Source: an uncultured Myxococcales bacterium (lineage in GTDB: Bacteria > Myxococcota_A > UBA9042). Taken from it: a stretch of 64,000 nucleotides of DNA. The stretch spans positions 21,744 through 85,743 of the forward strand of contig CAIMLR010000042.1 of the NCBI GenBank assembly GCA_903842345.1, written 5' to 3'. Under the pieces are notes generated by a model. That model was not told the origin of the DNA. It did no database searches and saw only the letters and a program-made list of their open reading frames with translations. The first letter of the stretch is position 1. Each line of letters starts with the position of its first letter. The position numbers and the translations under genes are program-made. This document shows positions 1-9,633 of this stretch, piece after piece.

Positions 1-975
1 GTCAGGGAACTGAACGGCTACCGGATTGTTCGCCTCATCGGCAGCGGTGGCATGGGTGATGTCCTGCTCGCGGAGCATCGGCTCCTGAAGCGCCCGTGCG
101 CCATCAAACTGGTGCGTCAGGACCGCGTTCGCGACCCGCAGACCCTCGCGCGCTTCGAGCGGGAAGTGCAGACGATGGCGCAGCTGAGCCACCCTAACAC
201 CGTGACGATTTACGACTATGGCCATCTCGAAGACGGCACGTTCTTCTACGTGATGGAGTACGTGCCAGGCCTGACCTTGGCCGACGTCGTGACGACGCGC
301 GGCCCGCTGTCACCGGAGCGGGTCGTGTTCCTCTTGCGCCAGGTGTGCGGCGCGCTGGCGGAGGCGCACAGCATTGGCTTCGTCCATCGCGACATCAAGC
401 CGGAGAACATCCTGATTTGTAACCAGGGTGCGATTCAGGACACGGTCAAGCTCATCGATTTTGGCCTGGTCCAGCGGGTCGAAGCGGAGGACAACGACCA
501 TCGCCTCACGAGCGACGGCGCCATCCTCGGGACCCCGGCGTACATGTCGCCTGAGCAGGCATCCGGCGACAAGATCGGCCCCGGCAGTGACATCTACAGC
601 TTGGGGCTTGTTGCCTATTTCATGCTGACCGCGGAACTGCCGTTTCAAGGCAAGAACCCGCTTGCGCAACTCTCCGCGCGCCTCAAGCTTGACCCGGCGA
701 GCCCAAGTCGGGCCCGAGCCGACATGCCGGCCGATCTGGAAGGGGTGCTCGTTCGCGCAACGCGCCGCGACCCGGCTGATCGCTTTGCGGATGCCCAGGC
801 ATTCCGAAAAGCACTTGGCAAGTGCACCTGCGCTGGCAAGTGGGACGACGACAGCGCGCGAGGTTGGTGGCAGGTTGTCGACTCGGGCGCTGTCGCTCCA
901 GTGGATGCAGCTTCGTTGGCAGCGCACAACGAGTTGGTGCGATCACCGACCGTCGACGACCCTTCGGTCACGTGA
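1..975 (+). CDS. Hanks-type Ser/Thr protein kinase, 5' truncated by the window edge
   Basis: Frame is open from base 1 (VRELNGYRIVRLIGSGGMGDV). Motifs GxGGMG, AIK, HRDIKPEN, DFG, GTPAYMSPEQ, DIYSLG. Confidence 0.93.
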   Translation, partial: VRELNGYRIVRLIGSGGMGDVLLAEHRLLKRPCAIKLVRQDRVRDPQTLARFEREVQTMAQLSHPNTVTIYDYGHLEDGTFFYVMEYVPGLTLADVVTTRGPLSPERVVFLLRQVCGALAEAHSIGFVHRDIKPENILICNQGAIQDTVKLIDFGLVQRVEAEDNDHRLTSDGAILGTPAYMSPEQASGDKIGPGSDIYSLGLVAYFMLTAELPFQGKNPLAQLSARLKLDPASPSRARADMPADLEGVLVRATRRDPADRFADAQAFRKALGKCTCAGKWDDDSARGWWQVVDSGAVAPVDAASLAAHNELVRSPTVDDPSVT

Positions 976-1116
976 CTACTGCCGGGACGCCGACGCTGAC
1001 TGGTTGAAGGGAGGTGGCGCGGCATCCCGTCGCCGACAAGTCACGCGATAAGCTGTCCGAGGATTCTTCGCCCTTCTCTGAATGCACGCGCAATACAAGC
1101 CCCCCGCGGCGACGTT

Positions 1117-2046
1117 CTACAAGCCTGCGCGCGCGTCACGGAACGCCTTTGCCAAGCGATCCGCGGCGTCGAAGCGGTCGCGGTCCCCGACATGAACATA
1201 ACGCTGCGTCGTTGTTACGGAACTGTGCCCGCAGATCTCCTGCACGACGCGCAGTGGTGTGCCGAGCGATGCCAGCGCCGTCGCCGACGAGTGGCGCAAA
1301 AGATGCGGCGTGACCGACCGGCGAATTCCGGCAATTTTTGCGTACCGGGCAACCATCTGCTGCACGCTTCGGACGCAGAGCCGACGGCCTCGGTCCGATA
1401 GGAAAAGCGCCTGCTCCGCCGGATCGCGAGTGAGGCGCGGTCTTGCGGCCAGGCAGTCGCCGAGCGCCGCGGCCGCGACATCGTTGCACACTGCTGCGAA
1501 GACTTTTCCGCGCTTACGCCGCACGCCGCGGAGCAGATGCTCGGCGAGATCAACCTGGCTCAGATCCAGCGACACCACCTCGGCGACACGCAGCGCTGTG
1601 TGTAGGAACACTTGGACGAGCGCGACGTTTCGGTGTCGATACGCCGCCGGCGATTGCGTCTCAACGGTTGAAACAAGTTGCACCATCTCGGCGAGGGACA
1701 GCGGCTGCGGCTCTGCCTGGACGATGTGCTGGCGATCGATGCCGTCGGTCGGGTTACGCGCGACGCGGCCTTCTTCCTGGAGCCAGCGGTACAGCGCACG
1801 CACGCCCGTGAGCCGCAGATTCCACGTGACTTTGGACGTTGGTCGACCGCGGTCCAGGCGCAGAAACGTGATAACGCCCTTGCGATCAAGGTGCGTCAAG
1901 GCATCTTCATCGCCGGCGTGGCAAAGAAGCGCCGCCGCGAGCGTCGAGTACGCAACGATCGTGCGCGGCGAGAAGTGGCGGACTTCAAGGAGGTACTGCC
2001 GGAAGTCGCGGCAGAGTTCGGAGGACGAGGCATCGGGAAGCGTCAT
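1117..2046 (-). CDS. XerC/XerD-like tyrosine recombinase
   Basis: N-terminal SAM-like region (YLLEVRHFSPRTIVAY...RNPT). Catalytic set: LRVAE (R), RRKRGK (K), HLLRH (HxxR), CGH, TTQRY (Y). ATG at 2046 chosen. Confidence 0.9.
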   Translation of the reverse strand: MTLPDASSSELCRDFRQYLLEVRHFSPRTIVAYSTLAAALLCHAGDEDALTHLDRKGVITFLRLDRGRPTSKVTWNLRLTGVRALYRWLQEEGRVARNPTDGIDRQHIVQAEPQPLSLAEMVQLVSTVETQSPAAYRHRNVALVQVFLHTALRVAEVVSLDLSQVDLAEHLLRGVRRKRGKVFAAVCNDVAAAALGDCLAARPRLTRDPAEQALFLSDRGRRLCVRSVQQMVARYAKIAGIRRSVTPHLLRHSSATALASLGTPLRVVQEICGHSSVTTTQRYVHVGDRDRFDAADRLAKAFRDARAGL

Positions 2047-2092
2047 AGGTGCTCGGCGCGGGACGGTTCGTCCACGGCCGACACCGTACAAT

Positions 2093-2120
2093 ATAGCGTG
2101 ATTTCAGAGTTATACGCAAC
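2093..2120 (-). promoter_or_regulatory. XerC-arm-like sequence or promoter upstream of the recombinase
   Basis: Minus strand reads GTTGCGTATAA-CTCTGA-AATCACGCTAT. First arm is 9/11 to the E. coli dif XerC arm GGTGCGCATAA; second arm matches poorly. Could simply be -10 boxes. Confidence 0.3.
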
Positions 2121-2219
2121 ATCGCCGGTCGCTGGGGGTGTGGATATCCTGCAGCGGCGTCGGCGCGATCACCACTTGCTGGCGCGGGAATCCGCCCAGC
2201 CCACGTTGCCGAGGATCCC

Positions 2220-2987
2220 ATGAGTCGTCAGATTTTCTTCATTGTGCTTGCCGCCGCCATCGCGTTGCCCGCGTGTGGCACCGCGACGCGGGTCGTCCGC
2301 GACGAAAAGCTTACCTTCGAACTCGCCAAGGAAACGCCCGCAGAACAGGACCGGGACGGCCTGACTGTGACGGTCCGGATGTTTGGCCCGGCCGAAGCAG
2401 ACAAGGATCCCGCGACGTACAAGACGATCAGCATGGATGTCGTGCAGGCCGGGGCCGCGTCCAAGCAGGCGGTCGGTGTCCGGCTTCTGCCGGCGCCGTT
2501 CTTCAAGGTGACCATCCGCAATCACACGCAGTTCGCGCTGAAACTCGACCGCGCCATCATCCGCGTGAAGGACGAGGCCGGGAACGATTACCCGGTGCTC
2601 TCCAAGCGCGAGCTTCAGGAGCGGCTGACGAACTACCTGGCGGGCCGCAAGGCCGTCTACGCCGCCCAGAATGTTGGCATCACGTTTCCGGTGGACCAAC
2701 TCGTCGGCGAATACCGGTCCATGCGGCTTTTGTCGCGCGACACCGAACTCGCGCCGGAGGACAGTTTCACGGGGTACCTCGCACTTGATTTCCCCGACGA
2801 CCAGTTCGAGGCGTCGAAGCTCACGGGTTGGTCCGAGAAGGCTGGTCTCCTGAAGCTCCAACTGTACCAGGTCCCTGTGCAGACCGACGCCGCCGGCAAC
2901 GTCGTGAAAGCGACGAAGTTCGAGTTCAACGTCAAGAGCAAGGTCGACGTCACGGAGCGGACCGAAGAATACCGGACGCTGTTCTAG
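2220..2987 (+). CDS. Hypothetical lipoprotein
   Basis: Signal peptide with lipobox LPAC; beta-rich mature region; no family recognised. Confidence 0.75.
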   Translation: MSRQIFFIVLAAAIALPACGTATRVVRDEKLTFELAKETPAEQDRDGLTVTVRMFGPAEADKDPATYKTISMDVVQAGAASKQAVGVRLLPAPFFKVTIRNHTQFALKLDRAIIRVKDEAGNDYPVLSKRELQERLTNYLAGRKAVYAAQNVGITFPVDQLVGEYRSMRLLSRDTELAPEDSFTGYLALDFPDDQFEASKLTGWSEKAGLLKLQLYQVPVQTDAAGNVVKATKFEFNVKSKVDVTERTEEYRTLF

Positions 2988-3067
2988 CCGCCCCGCCAGA
3001 GCCCCGCCTAAGAAGTCGCGCCCCCAAGCAGACTTTGCGTTCGACCCCAAACCTTTGGAGCTCCACA

Positions 3068-3877
3068 ATGAACAAGAAATTCGCCCTGACCGTTTGTTTT
3101 CTGCTTTGCGCATCGTGTAGCGGCAAGACCGCTTCAGGCGGCGGTGGCGCGGGGACGGATCCCGACACGGCCTCTGCCGCTGACAGCAAGGACGGGTCAA
3201 ACGACATGGCGACAGCCATGGACGCCGCCCAGTCCGACGTTTGTGCCGACGACGACCATGATGGCTTCATGGCGATCTCGTGTGGCGGCAGTGACTGCGA
3301 TGACAAAGACCCCGCGGTGCATCCGGGCGCGACGGAGATCTGCAACGGCAAAGATGATGATTGTAATGGAAAAGTCGACGACATGACAGGAGCGGAAATC
3401 GTCGCCAGCGGCCACTGTGGATCCTGCGAGGTCACCTGCAGCGGCGGCCAGGTCTGTACGGCGGGTACATGCGCGACGCCGGCGAAGACGTGCACCGACG
3501 CCTGCAGCATCGGCGACAAGAAGTGCCAAGATGGCTGCACCGTCGTCGCGTGTGTCGCCGCCAGTGGCTCGAGTGACTGCAACACCTGGGGCACGAGCAC
3601 GACCACTTGCACGAACGGCACTGGCTGCAACCTCGGCGAGTGCGGACCCGGCGGCACGTGTGGCAAACCTCCGGCACCCTGCATGAGCGACGATAACGGC
3701 ATGTTCTCTGGAAAGTTCAGCTGCTCGAGCACGAGCTTCACGGACCAGCAGCCGCTTCAGTATTGCGGCGGCGGCAGCGTCGGATGTGGCGGCGGCAGCG
3801 GTTGTCCGGTGCTGTTCAACCACGGGTACAGCGCCGGCTGCAGCGGCGGAAGCTGCAACTGCGAGAAGATGCAATAA
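3068..3877 (+). CDS. Cys-rich lipoprotein with a putative metal-binding (MopE-like) motif
   Basis: MNKKFALTVCFLLCASC signal. DDDHDGF...DCDDKDPAVHPGATEICNGKDDDCNGKVDD motif followed by many C-x(n)-C units. Confidence 0.8.
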   Translation: MNKKFALTVCFLLCASCSGKTASGGGGAGTDPDTASAADSKDGSNDMATAMDAAQSDVCADDDHDGFMAISCGGSDCDDKDPAVHPGATEICNGKDDDCNGKVDDMTGAEIVASGHCGSCEVTCSGGQVCTAGTCATPAKTCTDACSIGDKKCQDGCTVVACVAASGSSDCNTWGTSTTTCTNGTGCNLGECGPGGTCGKPPAPCMSDDNGMFSGKFSCSSTSFTDQQPLQYCGGGSVGCGGGSGCPVLFNHGYSAGCSGGSCNCEKMQ

Positions 3878-4215
3878 TTCGTCACGGCTTCACCACTGGG
3901 CTCCGCTTCGCGTGGGAGCCGTACTGCTCGCCTCCGTATGTCATGGGCGGGCTTGCGGATCAGCTCGATATGTTTTCGATGGACGACCTGTCGGCTCACC
4001 TGACGGGGCACCGATCGACTGTCCGTTCGACGGTGACCTGCGCGAGCAAGAAGTCAATATAATCCACGTGTCAGTTGCGCTTCGATCCGGCTCTTTACAT
4101 GGCCCAGTGGTCAATGACTGACTGCCCGCGGCCTCGTCCGACCCGACGAGGACATACACGCGCGAACATGCGCAGCGTCAGCGGCGCGCGAAACCTGCGC
4201 GTCGCTGTGGCGCCG

Positions 4216-6093
4216 CTACGGTCCAATCGGTAGGTCAACGATAATATGCGGCCGCAAAGAGGACTCACCTTCAGCCTCGGCTATCGGGATCGTCCGCACC
4301 GGCGGCCCCAGCCGCGGATATTCGTTTAGGAGGGAAACGGGTTTCGCGCTGGCGGAGCTCCGCGACAGCCACGAAGCATCCGCGCCAGACATCACCCATC
4401 GCGGCGCCTCTCCGCCCTCAGCGTACGCAGACGGTTGGAGGCGAACAGCGCCGAGAAATTCGAAGTGTTCTGTAGGGTTAGCATCAGGTTGCGGCTCGCC
4501 GTGGTCGATGGTCCACAGGCGACCGCCAGACGCCCACAACGGGTAGAAGCCGTTGGCCTGGTTTCGCAGCGCGCAGAACACGACGCCGAGTGGATGGGGG
4601 TGACGCTTCTCATCAAAATCGGATCGGCGCGGGCTGGATGGTGTGGGCGCAAAGAAGAACTGCTGTCCCAGCTGCCAGCCGTACACGGGCCGATGGTCGG
4701 GCGCACAGAACAAGGAGGGCTCTTCGTCGCCTGGCGATCGATCCTTTACCAACGGCGTCGAGCCCTGCTGCAGTTCTTCGAGATCCGGCACGTCGTCATG
4801 ATCGGAATCCGAATCGCGCGGACTTGTCCGATGGACCAAGGCCTCGATACCGTCACGGATCCCATCGCCGTCGGTGTCTGGCTTTCCTACGACTGCGCCG
4901 AAGTACGGTTCGAAGACGTCAGGCAGGCCGTCGCCGTCATCATCTGCCGCCTGCCGCTCTCGCTCGGCGGCAATTTCACGTAGGAGGGCTGGCGAAGCAG
5001 TCGTGTCGCTGGCCTGAATGGCCACTTCGATTTTCACCCGTCTGCGGATGGCCAAACCGACGTACGCCCGCTGACCGCCGACTTCGACAGGTCGCACCCA
5101 GAACGTCTGCGGGACGCCCCCCAAGATCTCGAGATTGCAGAGTTCGCGTTTGTCGTTCGAGTCAGACGACCACAACGTCGTGCCGCGCAGAGCTGGTTCG
5201 GTCCGATCGGACCCGTCGTAGGGGACGGCCTCAAAGCACCGGTCGTAGTCGTGCGGGGCGATGCGCTCGTGGATGGGAATCACTCGCAGGTCGGACTCGG
5301 TCCTCCGATCCGCAGTGTTGCCGGAGCAAACAGGAGCTGACCCAGACGTCGATTGCCCATACGCGATGTCCATCGGGCGTACCTTGGGGGGGAGTGGCGA
5401 CGGCCACGCGATGTACAGCGCTGCGGCGGTCGCTACTCCGAGTCCCCAATTCTTACGGCAGAACAGAATGAACGCCTTGCAGGCGTCATAGAACAGTTCA
5501 AAGATGGCCAAGCCTTCAGCCACCAATTTGCTGCCTTCGCGTCGCGTTGGCCGGATGTTCTCAAGTTGCTTGATCGCCGGAACGATCGACTCATCGGGCG
5601 CAGCTCCCCCGCGAATTCGCCCTGATTTTATCCAGTTGTCTTCGGTGATCGCATCGGCGCGCCGAAGGAGCGAGATCTGGTCGTCAGGAATGCCCGTCGC
5701 CCACCGGATCAGGGCGTGAACCGCCGGCAAATCGCCGGCCCTCGAACGCAGTTTGCTTAGCCGACGCCAGACTTCCGAGATGGGATCCGGAAAATGTCTG
5801 GCAATTTCACGAAGATTTTTGTCGAAGTCCGCTGGTCTCTCCGGTCGCGCCACTTGCGGGTCACCTCCCGGTGCGCTGTCGATGAGCCGCAGGATCTCGG
5901 GAATTTCGTCCACGCCCACACCGTCGCGCTCTTCGATGATGGATTCAAGGCGTTGCCAGCATCCCAGCTTGAACTCGTGCCGGGACTTGGCATCGCGCAG
6001 GCGCCCCGCGAAGCCGTCAAAAACCAGTCGGATGTGTTCCTGGGTGCGTGCCGGCAGCTGTGCCGTCTTGGTGATAATTTGGCTGTCAGCCAT
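4216..6093 (-). CDS. Single-pass membrane protein with thrombospondin-type-3-like Ca-binding repeats
   Basis: GGAGG RBS before ATG 6093. One hydrophobic segment (WGLGVATAAALYIAWP). DDDGDGLPD, DTDGDGIRDG and DSDHDDVPD repeats. Confidence 0.75.
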   Translation of the reverse strand: MADSQIITKTAQLPARTQEHIRLVFDGFAGRLRDAKSRHEFKLGCWQRLESIIEERDGVGVDEIPEILRLIDSAPGGDPQVARPERPADFDKNLREIARHFPDPISEVWRRLSKLRSRAGDLPAVHALIRWATGIPDDQISLLRRADAITEDNWIKSGRIRGGAAPDESIVPAIKQLENIRPTRREGSKLVAEGLAIFELFYDACKAFILFCRKNWGLGVATAAALYIAWPSPLPPKVRPMDIAYGQSTSGSAPVCSGNTADRRTESDLRVIPIHERIAPHDYDRCFEAVPYDGSDRTEPALRGTTLWSSDSNDKRELCNLEILGGVPQTFWVRPVEVGGQRAYVGLAIRRRVKIEVAIQASDTTASPALLREIAAERERQAADDDGDGLPDVFEPYFGAVVGKPDTDGDGIRDGIEALVHRTSPRDSDSDHDDVPDLEELQQGSTPLVKDRSPGDEEPSLFCAPDHRPVYGWQLGQQFFFAPTPSSPRRSDFDEKRHPHPLGVVFCALRNQANGFYPLWASGGRLWTIDHGEPQPDANPTEHFEFLGAVRLQPSAYAEGGEAPRWVMSGADASWLSRSSASAKPVSLLNEYPRLGPPVRTIPIAEAEGESSLRPHIIVDLPIGP

Positions 6094-6336
6094 CCGCGCC
6101 TCCCAGGACGAGGGAATACCTGCCGTCAAGTTAGGATCGGTCGGCGGGGCGCGCTATTGCAGCGCACACGAACATTCGAAATTCAAAACTCACTGATTCT
6201 ACATCTGTCTTGATGTCAGACAAGACCAATTCGCACGGCAATCGGGGTTTTGTTGCAATTGGCTTAGACCGGACATCCCGCCAGGGCGTCCGGTTTGCGC
6301 TGGTGGCTTCCGCTTTTCTCCGACAACCCGTCGCTG

Positions 6337-6381
6337 AAAAAAAAGAAGCCCCAACCCACGGTACGAAACGTGGGATGAGGC
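6337..6381 (-). terminator. Rho-independent terminator (minus strand)
   Basis: GCCTCATCCCACG-TTTCGTAC-CGTGGGTTGGGGC stem followed by TTCTTTTTTTT. Confidence 0.7.
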
Positions 6382-6597
6382 CAGTGACGGCGAAAGGCGC
6401 ACATCACCTGGCAAATCAAGGGCGTAAAGGGCGCCCCAGATATGCGTAGGAAAAATCTCCAGTTGTGGACGGAGCGCCGCCGTGCGCGGGCCTTGGTTGC
6501 GAGCCTTGGCCGTGAACCGAACGGCGTGCCGGTGACGCGTGACTCCGCGGGCGGCGGGCGTTCGGCCGACCTCGGCGCCGAGCGCGACAGTCGACAG

Positions 6598-7398
6598 ATG
6601 GCGAACAGCCATCTTCGCCCCATACCTCAACGCTACGCGTTGCATAGGTTTGTGTCAACTGCGTGGCTCTGGTTGGTCGCGGCGGTCGTGGGCAGCTGCT
6701 CGATGGGTGACGCCCGCCCCCCGGTCGAGGTGAGCCCCGAACGCAACGTTGTAGAAATCGTGTGTTCCGCTCGCCGCGACTCCATCTGCACGCCCGAAAC
6801 CCTTGCACCTGTAGTCCACGCGGCGTTGGAACAGACCGGCGGCGCGCGCCTGTGGATGCTCACAGGCGAGTTGGTCACCGCCGTCGCGCAAACCCAGCCG
6901 CTGCAGTTGCCGCGACGCGGTGGACCTCGGTCCAAGTCCGCCGCGCGTGACAAGTGGATTCGCGTTCAAGTGGAGGCGATGGCGGCCGCTGCGGGCGCGA
7001 ATGTCCCTCGTGTGCCCGGCTTTGAGCAGCACCTCGTCGAGGCGATCGGGACGGCCGCTGCCGCGGGCGGCGCTGCCGTTCCACGGCAGATTTGGGTCAT
7101 CGCCGACGGCAGGGAAGTCTCCGGACCGCGCTATCACATGGACATGGACTGCGCGTCACCCAAGCCCCAGAAGTTTGCGGCGGTTGCGACGGCGAACGCC
7201 TTCGCGAACCACGTCCTCGATGGCGTGACTGTCCAGTTCGTCGCCCAGGCGCAAGTGCGCCCCCCGAAGCGTCCAGGGTGCCGGTGGAGCGTCTCCAAGG
7301 TCAACAAGATCCGGAATTCCTGGAACGAGGCCATCTCGGCCTCTGGTGGCAGCGTGAGGTTTTGGTCGGATGTTCCGGCCAAGACGATCGCTGAGTGA
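6598..7398 (+). CDS. Putative lipoprotein, possibly with a VWA-like alpha/beta fold
   Basis: Hydrophobic stretch ending in lipobox VGSC. QIWVIADG resembles the MIDAS-side 'hhhTDG' strand. Start uncertain. Confidence 0.55.
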   Translation: MANSHLRPIPQRYALHRFVSTAWLWLVAAVVGSCSMGDARPPVEVSPERNVVEIVCSARRDSICTPETLAPVVHAALEQTGGARLWMLTGELVTAVAQTQPLQLPRRGGPRSKSAARDKWIRVQVEAMAAAAGANVPRVPGFEQHLVEAIGTAAAAGGAAVPRQIWVIADGREVSGPRYHMDMDCASPKPQKFAAVATANAFANHVLDGVTVQFVAQAQVRPPKRPGCRWSVSKVNKIRNSWNEAISASGGSVRFWSDVPAKTIAE

Positions 7399-7437
7399 CG
7401 TCGCAGTCCAGGCTGCGGCGAGTTGAAGAGGTGCAAT

Positions 7438-8265
7438 ATGCTGGAAGTTTTTGATCCCATCCGTCGTGCGGCGTCCGCCGACGCACTTGCAAAAGTTCCG
7501 CTGGAAGACGGCCGGCGTGCATTTGTCGAGCGCCGCAACGGGCGGCGCCCGGAGCGCGCCGAGGCCAGTGACCCCAGGCTGGTGCAGGCCGCGGACACAT
7601 TGTCGCGTGCCGATGCCGTGGCGGAGGCGGAGGCTGACGTGCGCGCGACCGAGCTCGCGGCGCCGCCCGCGGCCATCTCGCTCGGGTTGATCATTTTGGG
7701 GCTGTTTGCCCTCGAAACGTTCGGCGCCTATGACTTGGTCGAGCAGTCCTTGGATGTTCCCGGGCAGACGGCGATCGTGCTCGGCCTTGCGCTCGCGGCT
7801 TTCGTTTTCGGCGCCACGGCAGCGACGGCGGAGGAACTTGGACGTGCCCGGGCGCGCCCGCCGGGGCAGCGCTCGCGGCGGACAGTCGCTGTGGTGCTTG
7901 GCTATGGCCTGCTCGTTTGCGCGGCCGTGACGGCGCGCTTCCTGGCGCTCGGTGACGCCGACGGAGCCACTCCAGCCGGAAACGTCGCGTCGAGTATTCT
8001 GATCGCCGCGGCCGTGATCGGGCCGGCGTGGCTCGCCAAGTCCTTGTTGCCCAAGTGGTTGGAAGCTCGCCAACTCCACCAGCAGCTCCGTCAGGCGCGG
8101 GCGCGGCTGCGGCAGCAGCAGAGCCAGGTCAACTCGGCCCAACTGCTGCTGACGGGTAATGACGACGCTCCGGCGCGCTGGGACACCGCGACGACTCAGG
8201 ACGCCGCCGCGTACACCACGTTCTATCGCCGTGCCCTCGCCGAACACGGCATCAACCCGCAGTAG
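7438..8265 (+). CDS. Multi-pass membrane protein with C-terminal coiled coil
   Basis: GAGG RBS; about 4 hydrophobic helices; RQLHQQLRQARARLRQQQSQV heptad-like tail. Confidence 0.75.
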   Translation: MLEVFDPIRRAASADALAKVPLEDGRRAFVERRNGRRPERAEASDPRLVQAADTLSRADAVAEAEADVRATELAAPPAAISLGLIILGLFALETFGAYDLVEQSLDVPGQTAIVLGLALAAFVFGATAATAEELGRARARPPGQRSRRTVAVVLGYGLLVCAAVTARFLALGDADGATPAGNVASSILIAAAVIGPAWLAKSLLPKWLEARQLHQQLRQARARLRQQQSQVNSAQLLLTGNDDAPARWDTATTQDAAAYTTFYRRALAEHGINPQ

Positions 8266-8294
8266 CAACTACGCAAACACAAAAGGTGATTTCC

Positions 8295-9257
8295 ATGAGC
8301 AATAACGGAGACAACAAGATCAAGCGGCGGCCGTTCGAGATTCCGATGGGCGGCGCGGGCAACGCTGCACGAAGCTTTGGTCCGTCCGTCGCGAGCCTGA
8401 ACCGTCGTCTCGATGGCGGCATCGCGCCGAAGTACATCGATCCGGCGCTCGGCAAGGCGCAATCGCAGGCGTTGGCCGACCGCGAGATGGGCGTTCCGGC
8501 CAGCTACATCGAGGCGCGCATCGAGGACACACCGCTCGATGGCTCTGGCCCAATCGTGCTGCACGTCGACCGTCCGGAGCCGATTCTCGCGGTCCTTGAG
8601 CGCGCGCCACCGCGCGCAGAGTTCCTCGCGTACCTCGTGATCGCGAGCGCGGGCCTGCCGCTGCTGGGGCTCATGGTTGCCCTGGGCAAGCATGACTTGC
8701 GGAGTCGCGAGGGCTTGACGCAGTTCATGCGGTCCCTTGCCCAGGTCACGGCCCGCAGCGGGTCGGAGCGCGTGCTGGGTGACCGGGCGAGTCTTGCGCA
8801 CCGTGGCCAGGAAGCCGGCGTGCGCCGCGAGTTCATCGCGCACTTCGAGCGTAATCTGCCACGGTTTGCAGGCGGCCTCGAATTGGAGGACGCGCCGATT
8901 ACGTTGACGCGCGGGGGTATGGCTGCCGAGGCGGTCATCGTGCTTTCGCCCGCCGGTGTTTGGCGCACGCCAAGCGAACTCGAACGGGGTTTGGCCGATC
9001 ACGCGACAGTTCCGCTCTTGCGTGGCTCAAACCTAGTGCTCATCGAGCCGAACACTGCCGGTGCGCTCCGGATCCACAGCGCCAGGCTCCGGCTCTCGGA
9101 CGGTGCACTGAGCGTCGGCGGCGCGGTGCTTCCGGGCCAGCGGGGCCTCATGGCCGCGTTGCCGGGTGCCGCGGGCCGCGCGACCGAAGCTCTCGCGCGT
9201 TCGATGACACTTACCGCGGAATGGTCGCGGTTTAACGGCGTGGCGACATCGGATTGA
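8295..9257 (+). CDS. Hypothetical protein with one central hydrophobic segment
   Basis: In-operon ORF; FLAYLVIASAGLPLLGLMVALG segment; no family recognised. Confidence 0.7.
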   Translation: MSNNGDNKIKRRPFEIPMGGAGNAARSFGPSVASLNRRLDGGIAPKYIDPALGKAQSQALADREMGVPASYIEARIEDTPLDGSGPIVLHVDRPEPILAVLERAPPRAEFLAYLVIASAGLPLLGLMVALGKHDLRSREGLTQFMRSLAQVTARSGSERVLGDRASLAHRGQEAGVRREFIAHFERNLPRFAGGLELEDAPITLTRGGMAAEAVIVLSPAGVWRTPSELERGLADHATVPLLRGSNLVLIEPNTAGALRIHSARLRLSDGALSVGGAVLPGQRGLMAALPGAAGRATEALARSMTLTAEWSRFNGVATSD

Positions 9258-9333
9258 GCAAACGGGAACACCGTCGCGCGGTGCATTGAGCACTGCGCGA
9301 CGGGTGATTCCACCTCGTGAGAAAGGAGGCGTC

Positions 9334-9633
9334 GTGGAGGTGATTCGTTGGATCGTGGCTATCTGGGCAACGCTGCGCCTGTGGCGTGCAACACATCGTC
9401 TGGAAATCGCTGGGCTCGGTGGCGTCGCTGTCTGGATGCTTATGCCCGTCGCTCTGCACACCGCGTCCGGGATGCTCATGCCCGCCATGGACGGACTCAT
9501 CGGCGTCCTGTTGCTCATCGGCCTCGCGATCGTGAGTCACGTGGTTTTTCGCAGGCAGCGCGCTGTGCTGCAGCGCCAGTTTCCACCAACTGGCGCGAGC
9601 ACGAAGCGCCGCGTGCGTCCGGAGGAGCCATGA
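9334..9633 (+). CDS. Small membrane protein (2-3 TM)
   Basis: AGGAGG RBS before GTG 9334; hydrophobic helices. Stop overlaps the next ATG (ATGA). Confidence 0.65.
   Translation: MEVIRWIVAIWATLRLWRATHRLEIAGLGGVAVWMLMPVALHTASGMLMPAMDGLIGVLLLIGLAIVSHVVFRRQRAVLQRQFPPTGASTKRRVRPEEP

Noticed and set aside
1117-6093. Integron interpretation (recombinase plus divergent cassettes)
   Set aside because: No IntI-specific insertion in the recombinase and no attC (RYYYAAC...GTTRRRY) hairpins seen between genes.
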